Source of the DNA: Pseudomonadota bacterium
GTDB taxonomy: Bacteria > Pseudomonadota > Gammaproteobacteria > Eutrophobiales > Eutrophobiaceae
Reading direction: 5' to 3'
Length of the DNA stretch: 64,000 bases
Assembly (NCBI GenBank): GCA_013112535.1
Contig: JABFGI010000003.1
Location: 18,895 to 82,894 of the forward strand
The notes under the pieces are model-generated. The model was not told the DNA's origin and did not search any database. It was given only the letters and a program-made list of their open reading frames with translations. Made by a program: the position numbers and the translations under genes. Below, one piece after another: positions 51,891 to 63,554 of the stretch (position 1 is its first letter; each line of letters starts with the position of its first letter).

Positions 51891-53489
51891 TCAGGATTTA
51901 TAACTAAATACTTCGTAAGAAATACTTGATTCAATCAGGGTGCCGGCGGTTATTATTTCTTTTTTACCATCGCGATTCAGTTCCAGTTCTCTATCAGCAA
52001 TATAAAGTCCTTTTTCTACAATGAGTGATAATTCGTTTGGATTATTATTATGACCGACTAAAAAAGCAGGTCTGAATTCACGATCGGCTTTACTGCCACT
52101 ACTTGCACGCAGTACAACAGGATTAGCAGTATCCGCTATTATTTGCAGACCAACTTTATGTATGGTCTTGCTAACCATTAACCAACGGGTAACGCCGATG
52201 ATCCATGAGTTATCCTTTTCACCAATATTAATACCAACCAGATCGCCAACACGCATCGCTTTCTTTGGTTTTTCATCCCTGATGACAGCATAGCCGCCGG
52301 AACCCTGGTCAACAATGCGCCAGTCTTCCGATGCATAATGTGTTCCCGAAAGACTGGTTTTTGATTCGTCTGCTATATTTTCTGTAATATCTATTTCATC
52401 AGTTTCATTTTCTGTAGCAGTTTCATTTTGGAATGCATTACCATTATTTAAAAAGTAATAAATAGCCCTGACGCCAGATACAATACTTAACTTGCCCGAC
52501 TTGGACTTTCTCGGGAAGTATCGTTTGGGAGGAAGCCCCCAGGCTTTTAACATATGTACAAGTAATGACTTCGCATAAAAGGGTGACAATACGATTGATT
52601 TATCTATCGGTTGTCCAATCTTGATTAAATCAATTTGTTTTTGAATCAGGTTTTCAAGAGGGGTTGTATCAAGTAAACGTGTTTTGTTATTGATATTCTT
52701 CTGATTAAATTTTTCATAGGCTATTGCCTTGTTATCAGCCGTTAAATCAAAAACAAAATATCCGGAACTATTTGATACAGTCTGCATAGGATGTATCTGT
52801 GTGTATTCTACCCAGCTATCAAGTTGTTCAAAGATCTCCCAGATTGCACCAAAAGGCAAATGATGCGGATCGACCAGTGAGGCCATCATAATTTTCTTAT
52901 AAGTGTGATCGATGGTAGTGCTGGTATCCTTGTTATTTTCACCGGGAATAGAATAAATCTTTTTATGGCACTCAATTGACTCAGCAAAATCGTATATGAA
53001 GTTAAGCTGTTGCCAGACATTTTTCGGTATCGGTGCATATTCCAGAAAACTGAATATCAATGCATGTGACAGATAATTCATTGACATCAACATTGCATCA
53101 ATCGGGGGTTTGGATTGTTTCCAAAGCGTCTTTTTATTCAATGCTGCATCGAAAGCCAGTTTGCAACCATAACTTAGAGAAACAGCGATCTGTTTCATTT
53201 GGCTTACCTGACTGCCCATTGCATCAATTGTTTGTAATGTATGTTGCGCACCGGCGTTAATTTGTGATGCGACATAATATTGATAAGGTCGGTTATAGAG
53301 CCTGATGAGTTCTAACCGGGTTGATGATTTGATATCCGCTTTATTAGTCGCAATCAGTGCTTCATTAAGTAATGCACTGGTTTTTTTGAAATCGATATAA
53401 GGTAGTGAATCAAGCCATTCTTCAATATAGATAGGCCGTGTTTCTATCTCGCTTCCTTTTGATGATTTTTTTAATGGTATTTGTTCCAT
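51891..53489 (-). CDS. hypothetical protein (532 aa), possible degenerate PilZ-like C-terminal domain
   Basis: No confident family. The C-terminus has WRIVDQGSGGYAV, resembling the PilZ DxSxGG box, but no clear upstream RxxxR. Confidence 0.45.
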   Translation of the reverse strand: MEQIPLKKSSKGSEIETRPIYIEEWLDSLPYIDFKKTSALLNEALIATNKADIKSSTRLELIRLYNRPYQYYVASQINAGAQHTLQTIDAMGSQVSQMKQIAVSLSYGCKLAFDAALNKKTLWKQSKPPIDAMLMSMNYLSHALIFSFLEYAPIPKNVWQQLNFIYDFAESIECHKKIYSIPGENNKDTSTTIDHTYKKIMMASLVDPHHLPFGAIWEIFEQLDSWVEYTQIHPMQTVSNSSGYFVFDLTADNKAIAYEKFNQKNINNKTRLLDTTPLENLIQKQIDLIKIGQPIDKSIVLSPFYAKSLLVHMLKAWGLPPKRYFPRKSKSGKLSIVSGVRAIYYFLNNGNAFQNETATENETDEIDITENIADESKTSLSGTHYASEDWRIVDQGSGGYAVIRDEKPKKAMRVGDLVGINIGEKDNSWIIGVTRWLMVSKTIHKVGLQIIADTANPVVLRASSGSKADREFRPAFLVGHNNNPNELSLIVEKGLYIADRELELNRDGKKEIITAGTLIESSISYEVFSYKS

Positions 53490-53800
53490 AGTTTTTTCTT
53501 CTTAATTATTTTAGTTTTAAATCTATTGTTCTATCGGCAATATCTATTCCATGATCATAGTAATCTTTAAGAAATATTGTGATGAACTCCCCATACTTAT
53601 GTTTAACAATGCAGGTTACGGACGACTAAAATAATTACACAGGTTTTCCCTAACCTTAAACAAAATCCTTATTTATCAAATGGATAAGTTGATTTTCAGA
53701 ATAACTATCGCTATTTTATAAGACAGAAATTTATTGAATAGCTGATGGCTAGTGGTAATTATGTCTCAATTTAGAGACATCAGCAAATAATTTTAAGTTA

Positions 53801-54079
53801 TTGATTGATATGAATAAATCTATAAATTGCTTTATCAGCGGCAGGGTTCAAGGTGTTTGTTACAGAATGTCGACCAGCCAGCAGGCAAAAATACTCGGTT
53901 TAACCGGCTGGGTTAGAAATCTGGCCGATGGCCGTGTTGAAGTCATGGCGTCAGGCGAATCAGCTTTAATTGAGCAATTTCGCCAATGGTTAGCTCAAGG
54001 ACCGGAAATGGCCAAAGTGTTAAATGTAGAATGTCGGGATATTGACTATCAAGAGTTTCCTGATTTTTCGATCCGTTAA
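53801..54079 (+). CDS. acyP: acylphosphatase
   Basis: 92 aa. VQGVCYR...GWVRNLADGRVEV motifs. Confidence 0.8.
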   Translation: MIDMNKSINCFISGRVQGVCYRMSTSQQAKILGLTGWVRNLADGRVEVMASGESALIEQFRQWLAQGPEMAKVLNVECRDIDYQEFPDFSIR

Positions 54080-54083
54080 TTAA

Positions 54084-55790
54084 CTAACCTAATTTTTCCT
54101 TTATAAAGTTAATCGCAGAATCCAGAGCAATATTCCGGTTGTCTTTATCAGTACGGGCTTTGTATTCAATCTCAGCGGAATCCAAACCTTTTTCACTAAA
54201 GACAAAGCGATGAGGAATACCAATCAATTCCATGTCGGCAAACATCACGCCTGGGCGCTCTTTGCGGTCATCAAGAATAACATCAATCCCCGCTTCTTGA
54301 AGTTCTTCATAAAATTTCATTACTGCTTCGCGTAAACGAACGGATTTATGCATGTTGATAGGAACCAGTGCCAGTTGGAATGGTGCGATAGCCGCTGGCC
54401 AGATAATACCTTTGTCATCATTGTTCTGCTCTATGGCAGCAGCAATCACACGCGATACACCTATGCCATAACAACCCATGGTTAACGTTACAGATTTACC
54501 CTGTTCATCAAGACAGTTGGCTTTCATGCTGTCACTGTATTTAGTGCCGAGTTGAAAAATATGACCGACTTCTATACCGCGGGCAAATTCCAGTTTGCCG
54601 GAACTGTCTTCCGCCATATCTCCTTCGCAGACATTACGAATATCAACCGTTTCCGGTAAGGGTAAATCACGTTCCCAATTCACACCGATTAAATGTTTGC
54701 CATCATTATTTGCTCCGCAAACAAAGTCACTAACATTGCCGGCGCTATGATCAACGTAGACAGGTATAGAAAGATTCACTGGTCCGATGGAACCGATTTC
54801 ACATCCGAGTGCTGATTCAATGTCCTTATTATCAGCAAACGTCAGCGGGCTCATTACACCATCAAGCTTCTCGGCTTTAATTTCATTTAACTCATGATCG
54901 CCTCTTAATACGAGAGCAATTAAACTTTCGTCTTCAGATTTCACAATCAAGGTTTTTAAACATTGATCGGTACTGATCTTTAAGAATTGGCTGACTTCTT
55001 CAATACTGTGTTGATTCGGTGTCTCCACCGTTTCCATTGTTTTAGCTGCTTCAGGACGTGTTTGTTCAGGTTTTATTGCAACCGCCTGTTCCATATTTGC
55101 GGCATATTCACCTTTGTCAGAAAAGACGATTAAATCTTCGCCCGAATCTGCCAGAACATGAAACTCGTGTGATTTACTACCACCGATGTTGCCTGAATCA
55201 GCAATCACTGCACGGAAGTTTAAACCGACTCGTGTAAAAATATTCGAATAGGTCTGATACATTTGTTCATATGTTTCCTGCAGTGATTCTTCGTTTAGAT
55301 GAAATGAATACGCATCTTTCATCAGGAATTCACGCGCTCGCATGATGCCAAAACGGGGACGTACTTCATCCCTGAACTTGGTCTGGATCTGATAAAAATT
55401 AGCGGGTAACTGTTTGTAACTGCGTATTTCACGTCTGACCAGATCAGTAATGATTTCTTCATGTGTCGGACCAAAGCAAAACTCGCGTTCATGGCGATCA
55501 CTAATTCTCAATAATTCAGGGCCGTATTGATCCCAACGACCGGATTCCTGCCACAGTTCAGCAGGTTGAATCGCGGACATCATAATTTCCTGAGCGCCGG
55601 CGCGATCCATCTCCTCTCTAACAATATTTTCCACTTTTCGTAAGACGCGAAGTCCTAACGGCAACCAGGTATAAATCCCTGAAGCGAGTTGTCGTACCAT
55701 ACCAGCACGCAACATCAGTTGATGGCTGGCGATTTCTGCGTCTGCGGGTGCTTCACGCAGGGTTGAGATGAGTAATTGTGATGTTTTCAT
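54084..55790 (-). CDS. proS: proline--tRNA ligase
   Basis: Start trimmed to [30 protein letters not shown], which matches the E. coli ProS N-terminus. Class II motifs and an editing-domain insertion. Confidence 0.95.
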   Translation of the reverse strand: MKTSQLLISTLREAPADAEIASHQLMLRAGMVRQLASGIYTWLPLGLRVLRKVENIVREEMDRAGAQEIMMSAIQPAELWQESGRWDQYGPELLRISDRHEREFCFGPTHEEIITDLVRREIRSYKQLPANFYQIQTKFRDEVRPRFGIMRAREFLMKDAYSFHLNEESLQETYEQMYQTYSNIFTRVGLNFRAVIADSGNIGGSKSHEFHVLADSGEDLIVFSDKGEYAANMEQAVAIKPEQTRPEAAKTMETVETPNQHSIEEVSQFLKISTDQCLKTLIVKSEDESLIALVLRGDHELNEIKAEKLDGVMSPLTFADNKDIESALGCEIGSIGPVNLSIPVYVDHSAGNVSDFVCGANNDGKHLIGVNWERDLPLPETVDIRNVCEGDMAEDSSGKLEFARGIEVGHIFQLGTKYSDSMKANCLDEQGKSVTLTMGCYGIGVSRVIAAAIEQNNDDKGIIWPAAIAPFQLALVPINMHKSVRLREAVMKFYEELQEAGIDVILDDRKERPGVMFADMELIGIPHRFVFSEKGLDSAEIEYKARTDKDNRNIALDSAINFIKEKLG

Positions 55791-56018
55791 AAAATGGATT
55801 GTGTAAGTCGTTCCTGTATGGCGCGATACTATAAACGACATTAATCAACAGAGTAAGTGGTCGTCGATGGTTTCCTCATATGAGTCGATTTTACGCGCTA
55901 TTCAGCTCGATTTTGGCTATTCTCTTTAATATATCTGACATTGACTTGACCTGACTCGATAATCTCAGTAACTTCGCGCGTTTCGACTTAATTTTATAGA
56001 TAATCTGGAAAGCGAGCA

Positions 56019-57755
56019 GTGGCTAAAAAGAAAGAAATATTACGGGGCGCAGAAATTTTCTGCCGAGCGCTGAAAGACGAGGGAATCAAACATTTATTTG
56101 GTTATCCCGGCGGCGCTGTTTTGCATATTTATGATGAGCTTTATAAGCAAGATGCAGTAGAGCATATCCTCGTGCGCCATGAACAAGGGGCTACCCATGC
56201 CGCTGATGGTTATGCGCGCGCAACAGGTAAACCGGGCGTTGTTCTGGTTACCTCTGGTCCAGGTGCGACAAATGCTGTAACCGGCATTGCCACGGCTTAT
56301 CTGGATTCTATCCCACTTGTCGTTTTCACAGGTCAGGTTTCAACCCATATGATTGGCAATGATGCTTTTCAGGAAGTTGATTCGATTGGTATTACTCGCC
56401 CCTGCGTAAAACATAATTTTCTGGTTAAAGATGTTAAAGATCTGGCAACCACTATTAAAAAGGCATTTTATGTCGCAACCAGTGGACGACCGGGCCCAGT
56501 TGTTGTCGATATTCCAAAAGATGTCACAGCTGATTCCTGTGAATATGAATATCCAGACAAGGTAGATATTTCTTCTTATAAACCTGTTGTTAAAGGGCAT
56601 CCGGGACAGATTAAAAGAGCAGCAGAATTAATTTTATCGGCAAAAAAACCGATGATTTATTCAGGTGGCGGCGTCATTCTGGGTGAAGCCAGCAAAGAAC
56701 TAACCCAGTTTACCAAGTTACTCGGATATCCTATTACCAATACCCTGATGGGACTTGGCGCGTTTCCGGCAACCCATAAACAGTTTGTCGGCATGCTGGG
56801 TATGCACGGTACCTATGAAGCAAACATGGCGATGCATCATTGTGATGTCTTAATCGCTATTGGTGCCCGTTTTGATGATCGTGTTACCGGTGATTTGGAA
56901 AAATTCTGTCCTTACGCAAAGATTGTTCATATCGATGTTGATCCTTCATCAATTTCCAAGAACGTTCCGGTTGATATCCCAATCGTTGGTGATGTTAAAC
57001 ATGTACTTAAAGATTTATTAGCCATTTTAAAAAGTGATGGTGGGCAAAAGCCTGATGCAAAAGCACTGAAGGCCTGGTGGAAGCAAGTCGATGAATGGCG
57101 TGCACTGGATTGTTTGAAATTTGATAGAGATACAGAGGTTATCAAACCACAATACGTTGTTGAAAAATTGTGGGAGCTAACCAAAGGTGACGCTTTTGTT
57201 ACCTCTGATGTTGGTCAACATCAAATGTGGGCTGCGCAGTTTTATAAATTTGATAAACCACGTCGGTGGATTAACTCAGGCGGTTTAGGCACCATGGGTT
57301 TTGGTGTGCCTGCTGCTATGGGTGTTAAGCTCGCTTATCCAGATGAAACAGTTGCTTGTATATCAGGTGAAGCGAGTCTGGTGATGTGTATTCAGGAATT
57401 ATCAACTTGCTTACAGTACAATACGAATATAAAAATCCTGAGTTTGAATAACCGGTATATGGGTATGGTACGTCAATGGCAGGAATTTTTTTATTCCAGT
57501 CGTTATTCGCATTCATACATGGAAGCCTTGCCTGACTTTGTCAAAATGGCAGAAAGCTATGGTCATGTTGGTATGCGTATCGAAAAAAGCAGTGATGTAG
57601 AAGGTGCGCTTAAAGAAGCATTAGCACTTAAAGACAGAACCGTACTAATGGATTTCGTTACCGATCAAACTGAAAATGTTTATCCCATGATTGCTTCAGG
57701 TAAAGGGCATCATGAAATGCATTTATCATCAGATAAAGACAGAGAGTTAGCCTAA
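56019..57755 (+). CDS. ilvI: acetolactate synthase large subunit (ThDP enzyme)
   Basis: GTG start. 578 aa with GYPGGAVLHIYDEL and ThDP-binding motifs. Followed by the small subunit. Confidence 0.95.
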   Translation: MAKKKEILRGAEIFCRALKDEGIKHLFGYPGGAVLHIYDELYKQDAVEHILVRHEQGATHAADGYARATGKPGVVLVTSGPGATNAVTGIATAYLDSIPLVVFTGQVSTHMIGNDAFQEVDSIGITRPCVKHNFLVKDVKDLATTIKKAFYVATSGRPGPVVVDIPKDVTADSCEYEYPDKVDISSYKPVVKGHPGQIKRAAELILSAKKPMIYSGGGVILGEASKELTQFTKLLGYPITNTLMGLGAFPATHKQFVGMLGMHGTYEANMAMHHCDVLIAIGARFDDRVTGDLEKFCPYAKIVHIDVDPSSISKNVPVDIPIVGDVKHVLKDLLAILKSDGGQKPDAKALKAWWKQVDEWRALDCLKFDRDTEVIKPQYVVEKLWELTKGDAFVTSDVGQHQMWAAQFYKFDKPRRWINSGGLGTMGFGVPAAMGVKLAYPDETVACISGEASLVMCIQELSTCLQYNTNIKILSLNNRYMGMVRQWQEFFYSSRYSHSYMEALPDFVKMAESYGHVGMRIEKSSDVEGALKEALALKDRTVLMDFVTDQTENVYPMIASGKGHHEMHLSSDKDRELA

Positions 57756-58245
57756 TGCGTCACATACTTTCATTATTGATGGAAAATGAAGCGGGTGCAT
57801 TATCACGCGTTGCCGGTTTGTTTTCTGCACGTGCGTTTAATATCGAATCATTAACCGTTGCGCCAACAGAAGATCCAAAAATTTCAAGAATGACTATAGT
57901 GACCAGTGGTTCGGATGCCATTATTGAGCAGATTATGAAGCAGGTTAATAAGCTGGTTGATGTGGTCAAGGTTGTTGATTTGAATGATACGCGTCATATC
58001 GAGCGCGAATTAATGTTGATTAAAGTTGCCGCGAAGAAAACTGATCGAGCTGAAATAAAACGCATGGTGGATGTTTTTCGTGGTCGCATTATCGACGTGA
58101 CCGAGAATTCTTTCACAATCGAAATGACCGGTACTGGCGAAAAGCTGGATGCCTTTATACAAGCATTGGATGAACGTCTAATACTTGAAGTTGTCCGTTC
58201 CGGTGTTTCCGGTATTGCCCGCGGCGACAAAGCAATTCACTCTTA

Positions 58246-58246
<1 letters not shown>
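57755..58246 (+). CDS. ilvH: acetolactate synthase small (regulatory) subunit
   Basis: 163 aa. ACT domain N-terminus MRHILSLLMENEAGALSRVAGLFSARAFNIESLTV. Start overlaps the ilvI stop. Confidence 0.9.
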
Positions 58247-59461
<1,215 letters not shown>

Positions 59462-59518
59462 GTCATACATATTCAAATAAACATTTAGTTTTTGTTCGAC
59501 AAGACTGATTAGCTAAAG

Positions 59519-60178
59519 ATGCCAAGTAACAGGTATCCTTTTATTGCTCAAGAAGCATGGCCATTTCTCCTTGTAGTACTTGGAATGGCTGTGCTGGCGC
59601 AATTTTTTCTTGGTTATATTGCTTTTGTTCTTTTACTGATTATCTTACTTCTTTTTGCCTACCTGTTTAGAGATCCATCCCGGGCCGTACCTTCAGAACC
59701 TTTAGCTGTCGTAAGTCCGATACATGGTGTCGTTACCTTGATTGAAGAAGCTGAGGATATACGATTACACGCCAAAACTATTCGGGTTCAGATCACGATG
59801 CGACTTTATGATATTTATTCATTACGATCACCGATGGAAGGCAAGGTCGTAGAGCAATGGTGTTCTGCACCTGATAAACATGAATCACACCGGCACATTG
59901 ATTTACATATAAGATCAGATGAAGGTGACAACATTGTTACTGCTATTCGTTTGAGAGATATCGTTAGAAAATTCCATCTCTATATGTATTCCGGTGAACG
60001 AGTGGGTCAGGGACAACGTTGTGGTTATCTTTATTTCGGTGGTGTAGTCGATGTGTTTTTACCTCTTGAATCAAAAGTACGCGTTGAAGTTGGGCAATAT
60101 GTACAATCAGGTAGTACTGTTCTGGCAAACTTAATTCACTCTGAAGCAGCCAGCGTAATTCAAACTAAAGAAAGCTAA
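59519..60178 (+). CDS. psd: phosphatidylserine decarboxylase-related protein (small Psd family)
   Basis: 219 aa. N-terminal membrane anchor. Lies in the conserved ilvC-psd-pssA-leuA arrangement seen in many beta/gamma-proteobacteria. Confidence 0.65.
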   Translation: MPSNRYPFIAQEAWPFLLVVLGMAVLAQFFLGYIAFVLLLIILLLFAYLFRDPSRAVPSEPLAVVSPIHGVVTLIEEAEDIRLHAKTIRVQITMRLYDIYSLRSPMEGKVVEQWCSAPDKHESHRHIDLHIRSDEGDNIVTAIRLRDIVRKFHLYMYSGERVGQGQRCGYLYFGGVVDVFLPLESKVRVEVGQYVQSGSTVLANLIHSEAASVIQTKES

Positions 60179-60280
60179 ACTTAGTTCATATACCCGTTTC
60201 ATATCTTTCAGTAATCATCTTTCAAAGGTAAACTTCAGGATATGTTTACACTTTTTAAAAAGCCATAAAGGATTTTACGC

Positions 60281-61027
60281 GTGTCAAATCGACGACGAGG
60301 CATTTATTTATTACCGAACCTGTTTACAACTGGAGCGTTGTTTGCGGGTTTTTATTCTGTTATTGCTTCTATTAATCATCATTTTGAGTCGGCGGCCATT
60401 GCCATTTTTGTTGCGATGATTCTGGATGGTATGGATGGTCGTATTGCGCGTCTGACAAATACGCAAAGTGACTTTGGTGTGCAGTACGATAGTTTGTCCG
60501 ATATGGTTTCTTTTGGCATAGCCCCGGCTTTGGTGATGTACCAGTGGGCCTTATCTGGTATGGGTAAGCTGGGCTGGTTAGCAGCATTTATATATACGGC
60601 TTGTGCTGCATTAAGATTGTCTCGATTTAATACTCAGGCAAACAGTCAGGATAAACGTTTTTTTCAAGGCTTACCGAGTCCACCTGCAGCAGCTGTTTTG
60701 GCCGGGATGATCTGGTGCGGCGAAGTATATGACTTAATTGGAGAAACGACTTCATTAGTGTTCTGTCTGCCAGTCACCGTGATTGTTGGTATCTTGATGG
60801 TCAGTAATGTTCGCTATCATAGTTTTAAGGAACTTGATTTAAAGGGTCGCGTACCTTTCATGACTATTCTGATTGTCGTTCTGGTTTTTGTGTTAATCGC
60901 AATGAAACCGCCGCTGGTTTTATTTGTGCTGGCTGTTGTTTTTGCTATTTCCGGCCCCGTATTGACCTTGTTGACGTTACGAAAACATAGAGAAGCCAGA
61001 AAAACATCTGAACCACCAAATACTTGA
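60281..61027 (+). CDS. pssA: CDP-diacylglycerol--serine O-phosphatidyltransferase (CDP-alcohol phosphatidyltransferase type)
   Basis: DG(x2)AR...G(x3)D(x3)D motif (DGMDGRIARL...DSLSDMVSFG). GTG start. Confidence 0.85.
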   Translation: MSNRRRGIYLLPNLFTTGALFAGFYSVIASINHHFESAAIAIFVAMILDGMDGRIARLTNTQSDFGVQYDSLSDMVSFGIAPALVMYQWALSGMGKLGWLAAFIYTACAALRLSRFNTQANSQDKRFFQGLPSPPAAAVLAGMIWCGEVYDLIGETTSLVFCLPVTVIVGILMVSNVRYHSFKELDLKGRVPFMTILIVVLVFVLIAMKPPLVLFVLAVVFAISGPVLTLLTLRKHREARKTSEPPNT

Positions 61028-61058
61028 ATTATATGTAAAACACGCTATATTCTTGGGC

Positions 61059-61151
61059 ATGGCTATAAGAAATACATTTATCAATTCTATTAGATCTGGT
61101 TCTCAGTTAATCCAGTCAGCATCTGCTCGCCTGCACCTTCTCCTGCCCTAA
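61059..61151 (+). other. candidate 30-aa Leu-rich leader peptide ORF upstream of leuA (MAIRNTFINSIRSGSQLIQSASARLHLLLP)
   Basis: Small ATG-initiated ORF ending ...CTG CAC CTT CTC CTG CCC TAA, with a short GC hairpin (GCCC-taag-GGGC) at its stop. Lies in the 247-bp pssA-leuA spacer. Confidence 0.3.
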
Positions 61152-61274
61152 GGGGCTAATAATCGTTTTACACAAAGAGTTTTTGGTTTCGCGTTTTAAA
61201 AAAAACGTTTGTTTCTTATTTGTATTGCTTTGCCTATCAACTTAGACTGAGCAACAGTTTCGGAGTAGAAAAAA

Positions 61275-62810
61275 ATGCAGGATAAATTAATCATATTTGA
61301 CACGACTTTGCGCGATGGTGAGCAAAGCCCCGGCGCCTCGATGACGAAGGATGAAAAGCTTCGTATTGCCAAGGCCCTGGAAAAAATGCGTGTCGACATT
61401 ATAGAAGCGGGTTTTCCGATCGCCAGTGAAGGTGATTTTGATTCGGTCAAAGCCGTTGCTGAGTTAATCACCGACAGTACTGTTTGTGGATTAGCACGTG
61501 CACTGGATAAAGATATTGATCGCGCGGCTGAAGCATTAAAGCCAGCCAACTCATCACGTATTCATACTTTTCTTGCTACATCACCGATACACATGAAAGA
61601 AAAATTACGTATGGAACCGGATCAGGTTGTTGAGCAGGCAGTGCATGCCGTTAAGCGCGCAAGAAATTATACGGACAATGTTGAATTTTCGCCTGAAGAT
61701 GCCGGACGTTCAGAATTTGATTTTTTGTGTCGTGTCATTGAGCAGGTTATCGATGCTGGTGCAACGACAATTAATATCCCGGACACGGTGGGTTATAACT
61801 TGCCGCTGTATTTCGGAGAATTGATTGGAAACTTAATCAAGAATATTCCTAATTCAGATAAAGCGATCTTTTCTGTTCATTGTCATAACGATCTGGGTTT
61901 AGCCGTGGGTAATTCCTTGTCGGCAGTCATGAACGGTGCACGTCAGGTTGAATGTACCATTAATGGATTAGGTGAACGCGCGGGTAATGCGGCGCTTGAA
62001 GAAGTCGTCATGACAGTGCGTACACGTCGCGATGTATTTACCTGTGATACACAACTAGATACGACTCAAATCATGAATTGCTCACGACTCGTTTCCAGTA
62101 TTACCGGTTTTCCTGTTCAACCGAATAAAGCCATTGTTGGTGCCAATGCCTTTGCCCATGAATCCGGTATTCATCAGGATGGTGTATTAAAGAGTCGCGA
62201 GACCTATGAAATTATGCGCGCACAAGATGTGGGCTGGCATGCGAATAAAATGGTCCTGGGAAAACATTCCGGTCGTAATGCATTTCGTACTCGTTTGGAA
62301 GAATTAGGTGTGACTTTCGAAAAAGAAGAAGACTTGAATGAAGCTTTTTCCCGTTTTAAAGATCTCGCTGATAAAAAACATGAAATATTTGATGATGACT
62401 TACAGGTTTTGGTCAGTGATACGATTCAAGATAGCATGGATGAAAAGATAAAATTGATTTCGCTTAAAGCCAGTGTAGAAACTGGCGAAACACCGAAAGC
62501 AGAAGTAACTTTATCAATTGATGGTAAAGAACAACATGCGAATGCTGAAGGTGGTGGACCGGTTGATGCGACCTATAAAGCCATTGAAAGTATGGTGAAC
62601 AGTGGTTGTAACTTACAACTCTATTCAGTCAATAACATCACTGATGGCACAGATTCGCAAGGTGAAGTGACGGTGCGCATGGATAAAGATGGACGAATCG
62701 TAAATGGTCTTGGATCAGATACCGATATCGTTATGGCTTCTGCGAAAGCTTACATTCACGCATTGAATAAAGTGCTAGCGCCTGCTGAACGAGCACATCC
62801 ACAACTGTAG
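61275..62810 (+). CDS. leuA: 2-isopropylmalate synthase
   Basis: 511 aa. N-terminus [19 protein letters not shown], with the HxH metal site and the C-terminal regulatory domain. Confidence 0.95.
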   Translation: MQDKLIIFDTTLRDGEQSPGASMTKDEKLRIAKALEKMRVDIIEAGFPIASEGDFDSVKAVAELITDSTVCGLARALDKDIDRAAEALKPANSSRIHTFLATSPIHMKEKLRMEPDQVVEQAVHAVKRARNYTDNVEFSPEDAGRSEFDFLCRVIEQVIDAGATTINIPDTVGYNLPLYFGELIGNLIKNIPNSDKAIFSVHCHNDLGLAVGNSLSAVMNGARQVECTINGLGERAGNAALEEVVMTVRTRRDVFTCDTQLDTTQIMNCSRLVSSITGFPVQPNKAIVGANAFAHESGIHQDGVLKSRETYEIMRAQDVGWHANKMVLGKHSGRNAFRTRLEELGVTFEKEEDLNEAFSRFKDLADKKHEIFDDDLQVLVSDTIQDSMDEKIKLISLKASVETGETPKAEVTLSIDGKEQHANAEGGGPVDATYKAIESMVNSGCNLQLYSVNNITDGTDSQGEVTVRMDKDGRIVNGLGSDTDIVMASAKAYIHALNKVLAPAERAHPQL

Positions 62811-62819
62811 ATAATTATT

Positions 62820-63551
62820 ATGCAATCACACCAGCAACAATATCTAAAGGAGATGGGCATTGATGTCTGGATCGATCGAGAGTCAGAAGTCTTAAATGTT
62901 GCTGATGAGAGTAGTAATGTATCACAAGCTAAAGCTGAGCCGGTAAATGAACAAAATCAGAAACCGGCTCAATCTTCAATTGTTCTTCCGGAAGGACTTG
63001 CTGCTTTAAAAGAAGAAGTTTCTGTTTGTCAGAAATGTGAATTACATCAAACAAGAACACAAACGGTGTTTGGTGTCGGTAATCCGAATGCAGACTGGTT
63101 AATTATTGGTGAAGCACCGGGAGCGGATGAAGATAAACAGGGTGAGCCGTTTGTTGGTCGAGCTGGGCAATTACTAAATTCAATGCTACTGGCGATGGGT
63201 TTGCAAAGAGAACAAGTCTTTATCGCAAACATATTAAAATGTCGTCCGCCAAACAATCGCGATCCGCAACCGGAAGAAGTGGTAGCTTGCGAGTCTTATC
63301 TAAGACAACAGATTGAATTAATAAAACCTAAAGTTATTTTGGCGGTGGGACGAATCGCAGCACAAAATTTATTAAAGGTCGATACACCAATAGGAAAAAT
63401 GCGTGGCAATCGTTATCAATATCCAGATAGTGAATTGCCAGTTATTGTAACCTATCATCCCGCTTATCTTTTACGTTCACCAAGAGAGAAACGTAAAGTG
63501 TGGGAAGATTTAAAAATAGCGATGAAGTTGTATAAAGAGATTGGTGCTTAA
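62820..63551 (+). CDS. uracil-DNA glycosylase, family 4 (with about 60-aa N-terminal extension)
   Basis: [24 protein letters not shown] and HPAYLLR motifs of family-4 UDG. Confidence 0.8.
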   Translation: MQSHQQQYLKEMGIDVWIDRESEVLNVADESSNVSQAKAEPVNEQNQKPAQSSIVLPEGLAALKEEVSVCQKCELHQTRTQTVFGVGNPNADWLIIGEAPGADEDKQGEPFVGRAGQLLNSMLLAMGLQREQVFIANILKCRPPNNRDPQPEEVVACESYLRQQIELIKPKVILAVGRIAAQNLLKVDTPIGKMRGNRYQYPDSELPVIVTYHPAYLLRSPREKRKVWEDLKIAMKLYKEIGA

Positions 63552-63554
63552 GGT

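Noticed and set aside
53761-53780. 7-bp-arm palindrome ATGTCTCaatttaGAGACAT upstream of acyP
   Set aside because: It is short and AT-rich, and likely to occur by chance. It is noted inside the finding on the neighbouring orphan gene instead.
55791-55841. 17-aa N-terminal extension on proS ([17 protein letters not shown])
   Set aside because: The E. coli ProS alignment starts exactly at the internal Met ([19 protein letters not shown]).
55940-55975. TTGACC-N17-TAACTT possible ilvI promoter and a small Ile/Leu-containing ORF in the proS-ilvI spacer
   Set aside because: The -10 is weak and the small ORF is not convincingly enriched in Val/Ile/Leu. ilvIH-type operons are usually Lrp-regulated rather than attenuated, so there is insufficient support.
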